Program-made: the position numbers and the translations under genes
From: Zygnema circumcarinatum SAG 698-1b
Lineage: Eukaryota; Plantae; Zygnematophyceae
Direction: 5' to 3'
NCBI GenBank assembly: GCA_037447605.1
Contig: CM074816.1
Span: 511,873-575,872 of the forward strand
DNA: 64,000 bases
Shown here: positions 11,335 through 34,832 of the stretch, piece by piece
How positions within the stretch are numbered: position 1 is the stretch's first letter
How the letters are laid out: each line of letters starts with the position of its first letter
Notes under the pieces: generated by a model
Seen by the model: only the letters and a program-made list of their open reading frames with translations
Database searches by the model: none
What the model was told of the DNA's origin: nothing

Positions 11335-13110
11335 TCATGTATAGTGTGCTCCCATCTCCTCCCTTGCACTCTGTCTTTCTTCACCCCCATAGCTCCGCAT
11401 GATCCTCCCCACTCCCCTGAACTCCTTCCAGTAGTGAGAAGCAACCGCCCCCCCAGCGGCTGAGAGAAGGTCCACTTGAATGCCGTCATGGCCGTACTGT
11501 CTGCCTGAGCTGTGCACATACCGCACATGCGGAGAGCAGTCTCCGACCGAGCTGTGCGCATACTGAGAGCCCTCCCACCTTCCGCTGCTGCCGCTCCCTG
11601 CTCCCACTTCCGTTCCGTTCGCGTCCAAGGGTGCAGCGAGGGAGCATGCCTGCTTGTCCTCGTCGTATTCAGGAAGAGCATCAAGAGCTATTTCAGCCTT
11701 CTCTCCTGTGGGCCCGCGATCGAGGGCGACACAGAGCCCAACGTGAGTGGCTTTCTTGCCGCTTCCAAAGAAAATCTGCAAAGGCGGCAGTATTCGAAAG
11801 TCAGACTTGATGGTCCTTCAGTTGAAGGTTAGACAAGCTATGGCAGCACTTGCATCCCAGACAAGGTTTCCTCCTATGACTTCAGCTACTGACTCAACGA
11901 GCAGTTTCGAAGAAGTGAAGGCAGAGTCCTACCAGGTCGCCAGGTGCGATACATTCAAGCGGTACAGGGGAGGAAAAAGCTTCCTGGCGCAAAAACAGAG
12001 CAGCAAAATCACAAAGAATTTCAGTCAACAGCGTTGGGAGTAGAAATAGTAGAAGAGGCATGTTGAGAAAGGCTGAGACTGCTAAAGGCAGACGAAGAAG
12101 TCCAATTAGTATTTGAAGCCTCACCTGCTGGTAGGCATCACGAGGGATCCAAATGCCCTCTGAAGCAAAGGCACGCTGCACTGCACATTGGCAAAACACT
12201 GCTGAACCCCTCAGTACCACTGAAGAAAATGCTGTCGTCCATTTAGATTTGCCTTTCTACCACCACATGACAACTTTTTACTTTTTTCCTAATCCTTCAT
12301 ACCCAGTGGCACCTGGAATGCGCATGTGGAACATTTTTGCAAGCTATGTTATTGATTGCCCTTCCTAGACATGCCATTCACAAGCCTAAGTCCTTCACCA
12401 GGCAGCTTCATGCACTTTATGGCAAAAGGTTGGGGCGATTATCTCACCCAACCCGCTGCAGTCATAGTTTGGCCCTGCGGTGCCTCCCCACAAGTACTTG
12501 TTTGGAACTTCTCCAGCCGCCAAAGCAAAGGCAACAACACTGTTCAGCCTTTCTTCGATCTCCTGCCGAGGAAAAAACTTTGGATGGAAAGCCTCCAGTT
12601 CTGAAGACGGACGCAAGGCAGACATGTCGTTGGAAGAGAGCCATCCTCCATAGTCGTCCTCCAAAAGTTTAACAAAGACCGGTTCCCTGCAATGCCGTAG
12701 TGAGCAAGAAACTCCCTGAAACCACTCACAGAAGCCATGGGTTAATTGCTCAACGCACACTCCATGCACTAAACTTTACCGTCAAATGGTGCCTTAAGAA
12801 TGTCAATCACTTAAAACAGAAATTGCTTAGGTGGCTTAAAACGCGCCATGATTAGTTCCTCCTCTCTCCCCCCTCATCAATCCCAGTAAATTCCTCTCCG
12901 TATCTCCCCTCCCATCAAGCAAAGCAAAGAAAGCTCGCCCTCCCTCCGCCCCTACACCTCCCAGAGAGGTGCATACCCTCCTCCTTCAGCCCCGGCAGGC
13001 ACGGCGACGTGCCGGCCCGCCCAGGCCTCCGTGGCAAGGTCCGTGCACGCGGCTGAGTCGAAGAGCGGCAGAGCAGGCGCCATGACCACCCTCTCATCCG
13101 CCTCCGCCAT
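11335..13110 (-). CDS. Cyanobacterial-type SH3b + NlpC/P60 (C40) gamma-D-glutamyl-diamino acid endopeptidase homolog, 5 exons, 306 aa
   Basis: Exons 13110-12977, 12686-12448, 12180-12125, 11983-11933 and 11775-11335 (921 nt, all GT-AG, phases consistent). Peptides LPLFDSAACTDLATEAWAGRHV, LLEDDYGGWLS, YLWGGTAGPNYDCSGLVQRAFASEGIWIPRDAYQQEAF, PGDLIFFGSGKKATHVGL and YVHSSGRQYGHDGIQVDLLS...FRGVGRI align motif by motif with the Anabaena/Nostoc PCP enzymes as I recall them. Confidence 0.92.
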
Positions 13111-13551
13111 GGCTCCGCGGTCACTCCCTCGCCTCCCCCGCCCCTCCCTCTGGTATAACGACATAGGGGACACGTGGCGCAATTCCAGTGGACGAAGTGG
13201 TGCCTCTAGACAGGATCACAAGTGACGTACAGTAATTTGATTGGAAAAAATGTTGGTGTCTGTAGACAGAATGACACGGAAAGTAGTGCGCGTAAGGATA
13301 GCGTTAAACGCAGAATGTAACTTGGAGAAACACAGAGCGCCTGTCGACTGGCAATGAGTAAGTTGGAACGTTGGAACGTCGCCTGCTGCGATGGTGCAGC
13401 CCTAGGGCGAGGGCGGGAGGGAGGGAGAGAGCGAGTCGGGGGGAGGGGGAGGGAGAGGGAGAGGGAGAGGGAGAGGGAGAGGGAGAGGGAGAGGGAGGGC
13501 GAGAGAGAGGGGTAGGGCAGAGAGGAGGGAGGAGAGAGAGAGAGAGAGACC

Positions 13552-15586
13552 ATGGGCTCCTTCATAGGGCACATGTTACCCGGCTCACTGTTCTTCCTGA
13601 TCGGATTGTGGCACATATGGAGCAGCATTGTGAGCTTCGTCTCCAAGCCCCGCCTGTTCCGCTCGCGCGTGTGGCATCCATGCCGCCTGCCGGGGCCTCT
13701 GCGCTACCTCGAGCTGGTGCTGCTGGTTCTGGGAAGCTTTCTAGACATGGTTCCTGTGGAGCTGCTGGCTGGAACAAGTTTTCGGCCCATTGTCGATGGC
13801 GGAATTGCTCCCGGTCATTTAAACAACTTTGAGGTGCTCTCAGGAGGCAAGAGGTTCTGAAACTGGAGGGTGCTTTGCCGCTGCTTTTGTATCAATTACG
13901 TTGGACAACCTTCGGGGCATATTTTTTCGGGCTGGTCCATGGATTGTGAGAGTTTTTGGAGGCAATTTGTGTTCGCCTTTCAGCTGTGATAAAAGAAAAC
14001 GCATTTAGTGAGGCAAAAACGAGCTATCACAGAGGGACGATTGACTCTCTGCTCAATCTTGCTTTGGTGCTGCAGCATGCGTCGATGCTGCTCCTTTTCT
14101 TCCTTTTCGGTCTGACAGTACTCATTAGTGAAACCACAAGGTACAAACCTTGGCTCTTGCATATAAGTGTATTGCAGTTTTGTATTCTCTAGAGTTGTTT
14201 GATTTAACCGCTTGTTTCGTCCCTTACTCTTAGGATGTCATTAGTGGCCAAGGAAGAAGAGAGAAAGAGAGTCTAAAGCTCAGCTTATCTATTGCACACT
14301 TTCTGAATCTTGGTAAGTGTTGTTACTTATCTCCCTATGTTACCGTTGAGCTATCTTGAGCTGAGTCTTTTGTAATTTGATTAAGGAGCATTTTAGGTGA
14401 ATTCGTTCCTTTTCAATTCCTTTGTACACAATATGCATGACATGACCAGTGGAGCTGAGCGCTAGTACAGGAAGCCTTCATACGGCTCGTATCAGAATGC
14501 AAGAAGCGAAGCACTAGAGTCCTCGCAAGAGTAATGCATACGTCATTGTGCAAGTGCCAATTTTGAACCATATTCTTTTTTGTTGTGTCTTTTCTCTGCA
14601 CTTTGCCCTCTCTGGACCTCAATAGTCTCCTGCCTCTACCGGAAGGAGCCCTGCACGTCGTGGCTGCAGCAGCATTCTCTGGAGAGTTCGTTCTCTTCTT
14701 CTTTCACTCGACGAACCACACTGGACTGGAAGCAAGATACCATACTCTGCTCTCTCTAGAGATTGCCCTCTGCATGCTTCTCGCATGCCTCTGTGCCGCC
14801 TATCCCCACAGTTTCCTTCTGGACCTCATGGGTGCGGTCGCTGTGACTCTTCAGGGCTTATGGTTCTTTCAGGCAAGCGATACATTTCTTTCCCTTTTTT
14901 CCTTGGCAGTATGTATGCCAAAGTTATGCCCACCCTGCTATCGTGGGATATAACATACTGTCAGGAATTTAATGTTTGGTGTTAATCTCTACATTACCAT
15001 TAGCATTATGGTTTGCTTGTTCAGATTCTTCATTTTATTGACTGAAATAGACCCTGGAGTAATGCTTAGGTATTTCGGAGTGTTATCAGCCAGTGCATGT
15101 ATCTGAACCCTTTCCATGCTTGTGGATTTGGTGCTGTAACCGGTTCTATCTCATGGAATATCCTGCTTGAAGATTGACTGCTGATTTTTGTCCATTTTCC
15201 GGTTCCTGTTGCTGCAGACTGCCTTCTCTCTCTATGGCTCCCTGCTGCCCACGGGATGCCACGTGAAACCCGAAGGAGTGTTCTGTGACCCAAAGTATGA
15301 AATGCGGGCCACAGGGATGGCCACTCTCCTCTTCACTGCTCACATTGCTGCTCTCATTGTCCTCGTCCTCGCTCTCTACGCCCTGGCAGTGCGCATTTGG
15401 GGCTCGGCGGAGTTGTGGGATCTTGTGGCTGCTGGAGACTACCAAGTCATAGAGAGAGAGAGAGGGGAGGGAGGCAGCGACCTCCCCTACGAGTTGAAAG
15501 TGATGGCCATGGAGGAGGAGGACGTGCCTGTGCCTCTCAGCATGCACGGAGCGCACAAGCCCAACGGAATTTTTGGCTCAAGATGA
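13552..15586 (+). CDS. TMEM45/DUF716 family membrane protein, 4 exons
   Basis: MGSFIGHMLPGSLFFLIGLWH start, NNFE|HASM, FFFHSTNHTGLEARYH and LQGLWFFQ|TAFSLY; the last intron has a GC donor at 14873. Confidence 0.9.
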
Positions 15587-16112
15587 GAATTCCTGTCATC
15601 TATTATCGTCGAAAGAATCGCTTTCTGGAAGTTTTCTATACGATATGCACGCGGCAGGTAGAGGGGCTCTTGACGTCATGGCATAGCCGGCATCAAGGTT
15701 CAGGGCAGAATCAGGGATCATTCATCGTAGTGAGTCTCGGTTCTGAATAAAATTAGGGCTTATGCCCAGGGAGCAGGAAGAGACAGGTTGCTGTCTGTGA
15801 GGGGGTTCAGGGATTCCGGCGAGTGCCAACTGTACAGTGATTGTACATTTTGAAGTTAAATTTAAAGTACACAAATCAGAGTGTAAATTAGAGTCACTTT
15901 TTTCAACTTTGTCTCTCCAAAATTGTTTGCAACCTGAGTACTGTTGTTACCTTCATTCTTATCACGATTCCATTCCTCTTTTAGTTAAATGACAAAAGAG
16001 GTTGCAAGGGACAAAGATTGAAGCAAGCGCAGGCGATAGCTCGCTTTGACGAGAGGGCATTCCTCGTAACCAGGTTATCATGTTCTCCAGTTCCATCCCG
16101 GGCCGGGAGTGC

Positions 16113-17326
16113 TCAGCCTTCCCGCCATTGATAGGAGCAGTATCTGTTGGTACATTTGTAGAACGTTGTCATGGGCTCATCCGCCGACCTGATCTGAATC
16201 TGCATGTAAAAGGCATGGCTGTTGCCGCACTTGACGCACCTCGCTGCAGCCATGGCAGGGGTAAGGGCACAGTCAGAGCGACAGGGACGAGTGAATGGCA
16301 AAGTTGAAACCATGCAAGAACACATTTCAGGATTCAAACCACTTCTCAGAACACTGAGACCAAAGACAAGATTTTGCATCGCTTCTCTAAACCTTCAGGG
16401 AAACGTCCAACGTGCCGCGAAAAAGTATTTTGGCAAATTCTTTTCAACGTCGATTCATTTGAGGTACGACTGACAGGATTGCTGCGTTACTGTTACTGAA
16501 ATTTGGAAAGATTCACAATTGGCTAAGGACCTGTTTCGTTTGACTTTGCATCCCTGTACAGAATTAGGCCAAACAGAAAAAGTCTAATTCTGTAACCAAA
16601 AAGAGTTGAGAAAGTGGCAATGAGAAAACCGTACCTTCTGTCCGGTCGACATTCTTCCACGCATCGTCCCCTCCCAACACATCGTCCACTTCCTTCATTT
16701 CCAGCTGCAGCCTTTTGGTCACCTGCCAGAGTACCCACACAGGAATAAGCACACCATAGCGAAAAAATGTCAGTTCCATGAGCAGATGGCAGGTCACCAA
16801 AATGCCCAAGTACTCCAAGAAACTCGAACAATACCAGCTATATTCTAGGTGACTAGACTTACTAACGCTTAAAGTGGAACCCACAGGGTGAAGTGTTGCT
16901 TCAGAAGGTCCCCATGGGAGGTCAGCAACTTAATGACTGCACCCCAAAACAAACGCTCGTTCTTAAGCTTAGTTAAACATAGAATTAATTCAATATCATT
17001 TCCGTCGCGTGCTTCAAGATTCACAGACTAGGCAAACGAATAACCTTTTCCAGAAACCACAAACATAAGGTGTTATTGCATGGTGTAAAACGAGCTCATG
17101 TAGACCTCTGCATCATCATCACAATTACGAATGAATCCAGCGAACATAACGTGATTTCACGCACTAGAACGAGGCACTATGTTCAATCAAAGCCTGCCAA
17201 CTGTAAACTGACCTTCCGGTCAATCCCATACACGTAGGCGCACGTCTGGCAGAAGTAGCGCACTTCCCTCCCCAGCTCCGCGTGCTCCACGAGCAGCAGG
17301 TTGGCGCAGGTCGGGCAGAACTCCAT
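16113..17326 (-). CDS. RPC10: RNA polymerase III subunit RPC10 (C11, TFIIS-like), 3 exons
   Basis: MEFCPTCANLL...YFCQTCAY, KEVDDVLGG and ARCVKCG...QIRSADEPMTTFYKC...C..QWRE: two zinc ribbons plus the acidic RSADE hairpin. Confidence 0.93.
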
Positions 17327-17689
17327 CGTCTGCTCCTTCTCGGTTCTACCTCTCTCAGCTGCAAAGTTCAAAGAAGCAAAAGAGCCAGTAATACGCCCAT
17401 TGGCGCCCTCACACTTTCATGGCGAATTGCGCGCTCGCTTCCTCTGCATCACGATGCTTGCAGGTCTTAACTCTGCATATATTTTTATTTATATTTTATA
17501 TATTTTATAGTGCATGAGACACCCTCGGGAAGGGGGGAGCCGCGAGACGGAGGCTCGGCCCGAAGCTGGCCCGAGCCAGGTCTGGCTCGCCTCGTGAAGG
17601 TATAGAATTGAATTTTTTTAAGCGAAATGTAATGTTTTTCGGGGAAATTTTCTCCATCCGTGAACTATTTCACAAGTGGGACCATTCGA

Positions 17690-17830
17690 TCGCCAACCAT
17701 TGGACAACCATTGGATGGCAATGGCTGGACGTCCAATGGTTGCCAACCATTGGCATCCACTGGCTCCGAGCCAGTCGAATGGTTGTTTCGATCTGGTGCC
17801 AATGGTTGGCAACCAGTCGAATGGTTGGTC
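17690..17830. repeat. Palindromic CAACCATTGG/CCAATGGTTG repeat cluster (non-autonomous element-like), copy 1
   Basis: Several CAACCATTGG and reverse-complement copies; a related cluster lies at 48620-48790. Confidence 0.6.
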
Positions 17831-18537
17831 TCATGGGCCGAAAAAATAGCGGCTAATTTCTTCTCCAATTCAGCCCGAGCGTTGGAACGGAACGGGCCGT
17901 AACGGAACGGAGAGGCATTGAACCCAGCGAAACGGGACGACACGGAACGGCGCATACATCTCGACGCGTCGCTATGCAGTTCGAGACAGTTGTGTGATAG
18001 CCATCCGATGGTCGTCATATGCTGCAGAGATTTGGGCAATTTAAACTGAGAGACGCACTGTGACGTTTCTATGCGAACCTCGCTCTGTGGGATGTGCTCG
18101 CAAGGCCAATGTGTTGTGGCATATGGCGGGACATGGCCGGGGATGGACATTGGACATTGGACACGCGACCTTGGACTTGTGGCAGCACTGCACGCACCAC
18201 AAGAACTTGCACTTTCCAAGGACGGCAAGAGCGAGCATGAATGGCAAGGACTAAGCTCTCGGACACTGTTCAACACAGGGCTTGGTCACTTTAAAGGGAC
18301 TGCGCAATCAAGCCAATGGAACCGCCATGGCGCCCCCTTCCGCTGTTGTCTCCAAGTCCAACACTTGCAGTCCCCTCCCCACCACTGCCACCCGATACCT
18401 CCTGCGAGCACCGACCAAGGAGCACCTGCAAGCACAGATCAGTCCCTTGACATCGCCACAAAGCCCATGAAACCTCAAGAGAGCAACAATCCTGATCCAA
18501 CAACACTTGGAGCATGAAAACCAAAAACCTAACAACC

Positions 18538-30307
<11,770 letters not shown>

Positions 30308-31426
30308 GGCGAACGTAGCAGGAGAGCTGCTTCAAAGAAATCGGAGGTAGAGAGCTGCTAAAGTCTGCCCTCCCCTCGCTCGTAACATAAAGAGGGCTAT
30401 GGAAAACGGCTTGTGGGAGAGTGCGAGAGACCTAGTGAGAGAGGTCAATCGCTTCTTGTGCCCTAAGATCTGAGCAAGTAAAGCATCGTGGGGTTTAAGG
30501 TTTGAGAGGGTGAAGCGATTGTTTACAGCCGACCATTCTCTTAGTAGACCTAATTCAATCTTTACCCTTTATTCTTCATCCTTATTTCATGACCCGTTCG
30601 TTATGTGTGCGGACTGCTCTGCATAATGAATCCCTTCTTCCTCTGCAACAAAGTCTCGTGATATGAAGACGGAATAAGGGTGTCGGAAAACGCTTGTAAT
30701 TAGCGGCATGGCCTCTTATGATTCCGCCCCTTTCCTCACGCCGGCTCTCGGAAACTCCGGAGCAGCATTGGCATGAGCTGTCGCCCTCTACAGTTGCACT
30801 GTCGTAGACGATGGAGGCTCCCTCGTGCAAAGGTCGTGGTTTGCAACTGTCCCTGGGGAGCTTGCTCCTGAAAGCGTTCATTTTAAGATGCAAATGCAAT
30901 GCAAATTCCTTTTGTTCATTCAAAATTAAAAACATGATATGCTTGACATTATTATTTGGCTCATGATCATTTTCATGTTCATGTTATGTTTCATGAATAG
31001 TCAACATTTCATTCATCACAGGGACATGTCACGCCACGATTGAGGCAAACCGTGTGCCACTTCGCCTCCTCTCACATCATGTTCACACCTTTCTCACATA
31101 TCGCCGACACTGTGGGCATTCTCTCAGCCTGGTCAGCAAGTCCCTTCTCCTGACTAAAATGGGCAGCCCCTCATTCACAAGCACCACCCCAATGTCTCCT
31201 TTTAAATAAAAAATGGAATCACATATTTTATTCATTTTTGAACAGCTGAAAGTGCAAGGGGAGCCAAATCATACAAAACTCTCTCTACCTCTCTCCCTGG
31301 TCCTCACTGGCACCCCTCTGGCTCCAATCTGTTCTCCTTAACTGCATTATTCATAAAAGGCCTTGCCTCATCATTGACTACCAAAAAGCTGTGATCCTGT
31401 TCTACTGCCACTTCATAGATACCCCT

Positions 31427-34400
31427 TCACTTCTCCACCTCCTTGAAGGTCTCCTCCTCTTTTGAGGTCTCCTCTCCGCCAGCATCGGTCAACGCAGTCA
31501 CGGAACTTCCCAAGGTCTTCACATCGTAGAATGGATATTCCCGCACACCAGGGATCACTCTGCCGCCCAATGACCTAAATAGAAATTCCAAAAGTGCCCC
31601 AAGCAGCAGCCCTACTATGGAGAAACCCAATGCGAGCAAGAATGGAGGATAATCGAATGCCTCGAAGAATGTGACATGAAGGGCATCTGCATAGCTGAGC
31701 CCATTCTGCTTCACTTTCGTCCACCAGAACAGCGATGACAGGCCAACTAAGCATCCAAAGAAGGATGCGAAGGGTGTGACTACATACTGAATCGATCGCC
31801 CTGGAATGACTCCAAGCATGAGGGGGAGAGTGGAGGTAGTAGTGATTAGGTTAGCCAGCAAGAAGAGCTGCAGAATGTTGTAACCCTGGAGGGAAACTAT
31901 GATTGGTGGAACATTGAGCACCAACACCAATGCTCGAATCCACCAGAGGCTCAATTTCACTCCAGGGAAGAGGTAGGCAGTCAATGGAGCTACAAATGTC
32001 ACACTGATAGACTCTACAATAGCATTCTGCAGACTGTCGACTGCCGATTCCGACATAGTGACTGATAGCACGCTGACAATCACAAGAATCCATGTTTGGT
32101 TGTTAAGAAGGGAGAAAAGAATAGTGTTTCCAGTGTCCTCATCACTTGCAGGGCTCCACACACCACCCCATACGGCCAGAATGCCTGCACATCGCACCAC
32201 CAAAAGAGTCAAGTCATGCAGAGCAGAATCAAGAAAAAAGAACATGAGAAGTCAAACAAACCCTCTTTTAGAACGAACCAAAAGTTCTCAACGCAAGTTG
32301 AGCTATCTCTTTCACATTCAAGGCAAGGCTCTGAAGGATGCAACCGAAGCTGTCACCAATACTAGCACACCTCTGCTACAATATACTGTAATTTAGGGGA
32401 ATCAGATAGAAAAGAACAAGCAAGGCATGCTCGGTAGCAGTGACAAAAGAATAGAATACCTCCAAATCCAAAAAGAAAGACAACGACAGTGATCGCAATA
32501 GAGCCGAAAAATCCTCCCCAAAGAAGGCTTTTACGGTTTGAAGAAGCCCAGCACCTGCATGAGTGGCCAAACCCCTTCCAAGTAAGCATTTCGGAAACAT
32601 ATCGACAAAAAAGCATAGAAAACAGAAACCGGGTTATTAGATTAAGGCTCTCCACAAAATTAAAACCATTTTCAGCCTCGCGAACAACAACTGTCATAAA
32701 GATAAGCATTTCAGGGGGGCTATTAGAAGAGCCCTAAAAAAAAACGAGCTCCTTCTCTACCTCTGCCAAATGGCTTCGCTGAAGAAGCTCGACGATATGA
32801 GAGAGATGGGCATCACGGCAATTGAAGCGAATCCAAAATAGTTATCTGCTGAGAGATTATAAGGGGAGTCTTTCCCAGGCAAAGGGCCTAGCTTCCCATC
32901 GAACGTAACCGAAACATAAATAACCATGATGAGCACCACTATAATACTTAGAAGAGCCTGCAAGGAGAGCTCAGAAGTGGCAGTCAAACTGTGAAAGGGG
33001 TGCTAAGAGACGAATGAATGAATGAATGAATAAATGAATGAATTGCAGACTGAAAAGTAAAACCGCAATCGTAGAGAACTATTAACTTCAGAGACACAAT
33101 CATTCCCCCCACACACCCCACACGACAGCAAACGTTCCCACCAAGCAGCTTTCCAAGAATTCCATCCTAACGGAATACCTGTTTTGGGTAGCACCCCTGG
33201 TGGTAGCAGCAATGTACTGCATATCAAACACAGACAAGAAACAAACCGCTGACTGGCACACTCCCTTCGCAGGCATTACCCTGGTCAGGTGCCAAGGGTC
33301 TATCTCAGCCCGCTCGTCATACCTCACTTTGGGCCATACAGTGCCCCTGTGAAGGTCTGACAGAGCAAGCACCCCTGGTGCCAAGACTAGTCAGGAGAAC
33401 AGTATAAAAAATACCGTTGTACTTTCACTTTTTGAACATGGCTACGCTACGAAAACTTCATGAAGATGGACTTCAACAGAAAGTCTGTTATCTCACAGCC
33501 AAAAGCTCCGTAAGAACAAGGAAAACGAGCTACAGGAATGAGACGAGAGGGAGTCTAAGGGTTTGTATGCCACTCCCGAAAAAACCCTAACATTATGCGA
33601 AACGTGTAGGTTTAGGGCATCACACAGAGACCATTTACACTAGTTGAAATTATAACGGGCACTCACCTGCAACTGATCTGTGATAATTGACACATATAAT
33701 CCGCCAGCTGCAGTATACAGCATGGAGACTACTCCAATAATGACCACAATTGGCCATCGACTTGAATGTATAATAAGTTCGAATAAGTCGCCAACGGCTG
33801 TAAACTCGGCCGTGAGAGCTATCCCCATGTTGAACAATGTCAACAAACCCACGTAGCTTGCCATGAATCTGCCAAAGAGGGCATACATAATCATGAGCTC
33901 CACATTCTCACCACAAACTGTCCCAAAACTATGTTCCTATCAAGTAGTCACTCATACAAAGTCAATAAGACAGTAACATTAAGAAACCTCTCAGCTCCTG
34001 CAGGAGTACAAATATAGGAGTTTAAAGAACACCAAAGGTCATCAAACTAATGAGCCCAAACCACGAACCCTGTCAGGACATGGAGGACGCGTTCAATCTA
34101 TAAAATTAAATGAACGGACTATTGATAAGCAACATAAGATGATCGCACCGCCAGCAGAAGTTTTCATTTATCAAAAAACTTACCTGCCAAACCTCCTATT
34201 AACGAAGTCCGAAAGGCCCAACACATTCGGCACAAGGTCCTGAATGACGGATCCGAAATATGCGATCACTAATACGGGGAATCCCGCTGAAACGGCGTAC
34301 ATGACTGTGCCAAGCACTCCTGCAAACAGGCAGTAGCTCGGAGCGGCGAACAGAGCCCAGGACCCCATAGCTCCTGCATAGAAAGACCTGCAAAAGAAAC

Positions 34401-34832
34401 GTGCCTGTTATTACTGTCTGCTTGTAAGCAGCCTCGCATAGACCCCTCCATCTCTTAATCTCCATTTCCCTCTGCGCTCACTTACCACTCCATTTATCTA
34501 CTTCGCGTATTTTCTTTCTCTCCTCTCCTTGTCCAGGCAGCATCCCTGTCAGCTAACGGCTGGTTAACCGCCGCACGAAACCTACGTATGTGGTTCATGC
34601 AATTAAATGGAGTAATAAATAAGAAGCAACTGAGAAACCAGAGAGAGGAGAATGGGCCTCACCATGCGATGGTGAAAGTGCCCATGGAGCCGCGGGCCGT
34701 GAGGAAGAACTCCGGCGAGTCGGCATGGCCCTGCCGCTTCTCCCGCACCCACGAGTACGCGCACGCAAAGAGTCCAAACAGTACCACAAACGCCGTCGCC
34801 ACAGGGTACGCGATGTCCTCCAGCAACGCCAT
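31427..34832 (-). CDS. Sodium:solute symporter (SSS/SLC5) family transporter, similar to the fungal DUR31-type subgroup
   Basis: FFLTARGS...AWSF...MGSWALF, SDFVNRRFG, YTAAGGLYVSIITDQLQ, FSEAIWQRCWAS and SAVDSLQNA, with many hydrophobic segments; ATG 34832, stop 31427. Confidence 0.85.

Noticed and set aside
13186-13200. TGGACGAAGTG resembles the 5' end of plant RNase MRP RNA
   Set aside because: No GAAAGTCCCC core, USE element or Pol III terminator nearby.
30582-30935. GC-balanced intergenic block considered as an snRNA/snoRNA or small gene
   Set aside because: No recognisable box motifs, Sm site or protein similarity.
33100-33384. 94-aa ORF inside the SSS gene
   Set aside because: Not needed to join the flanking conserved exons and no recognisable motif; treated as intronic.
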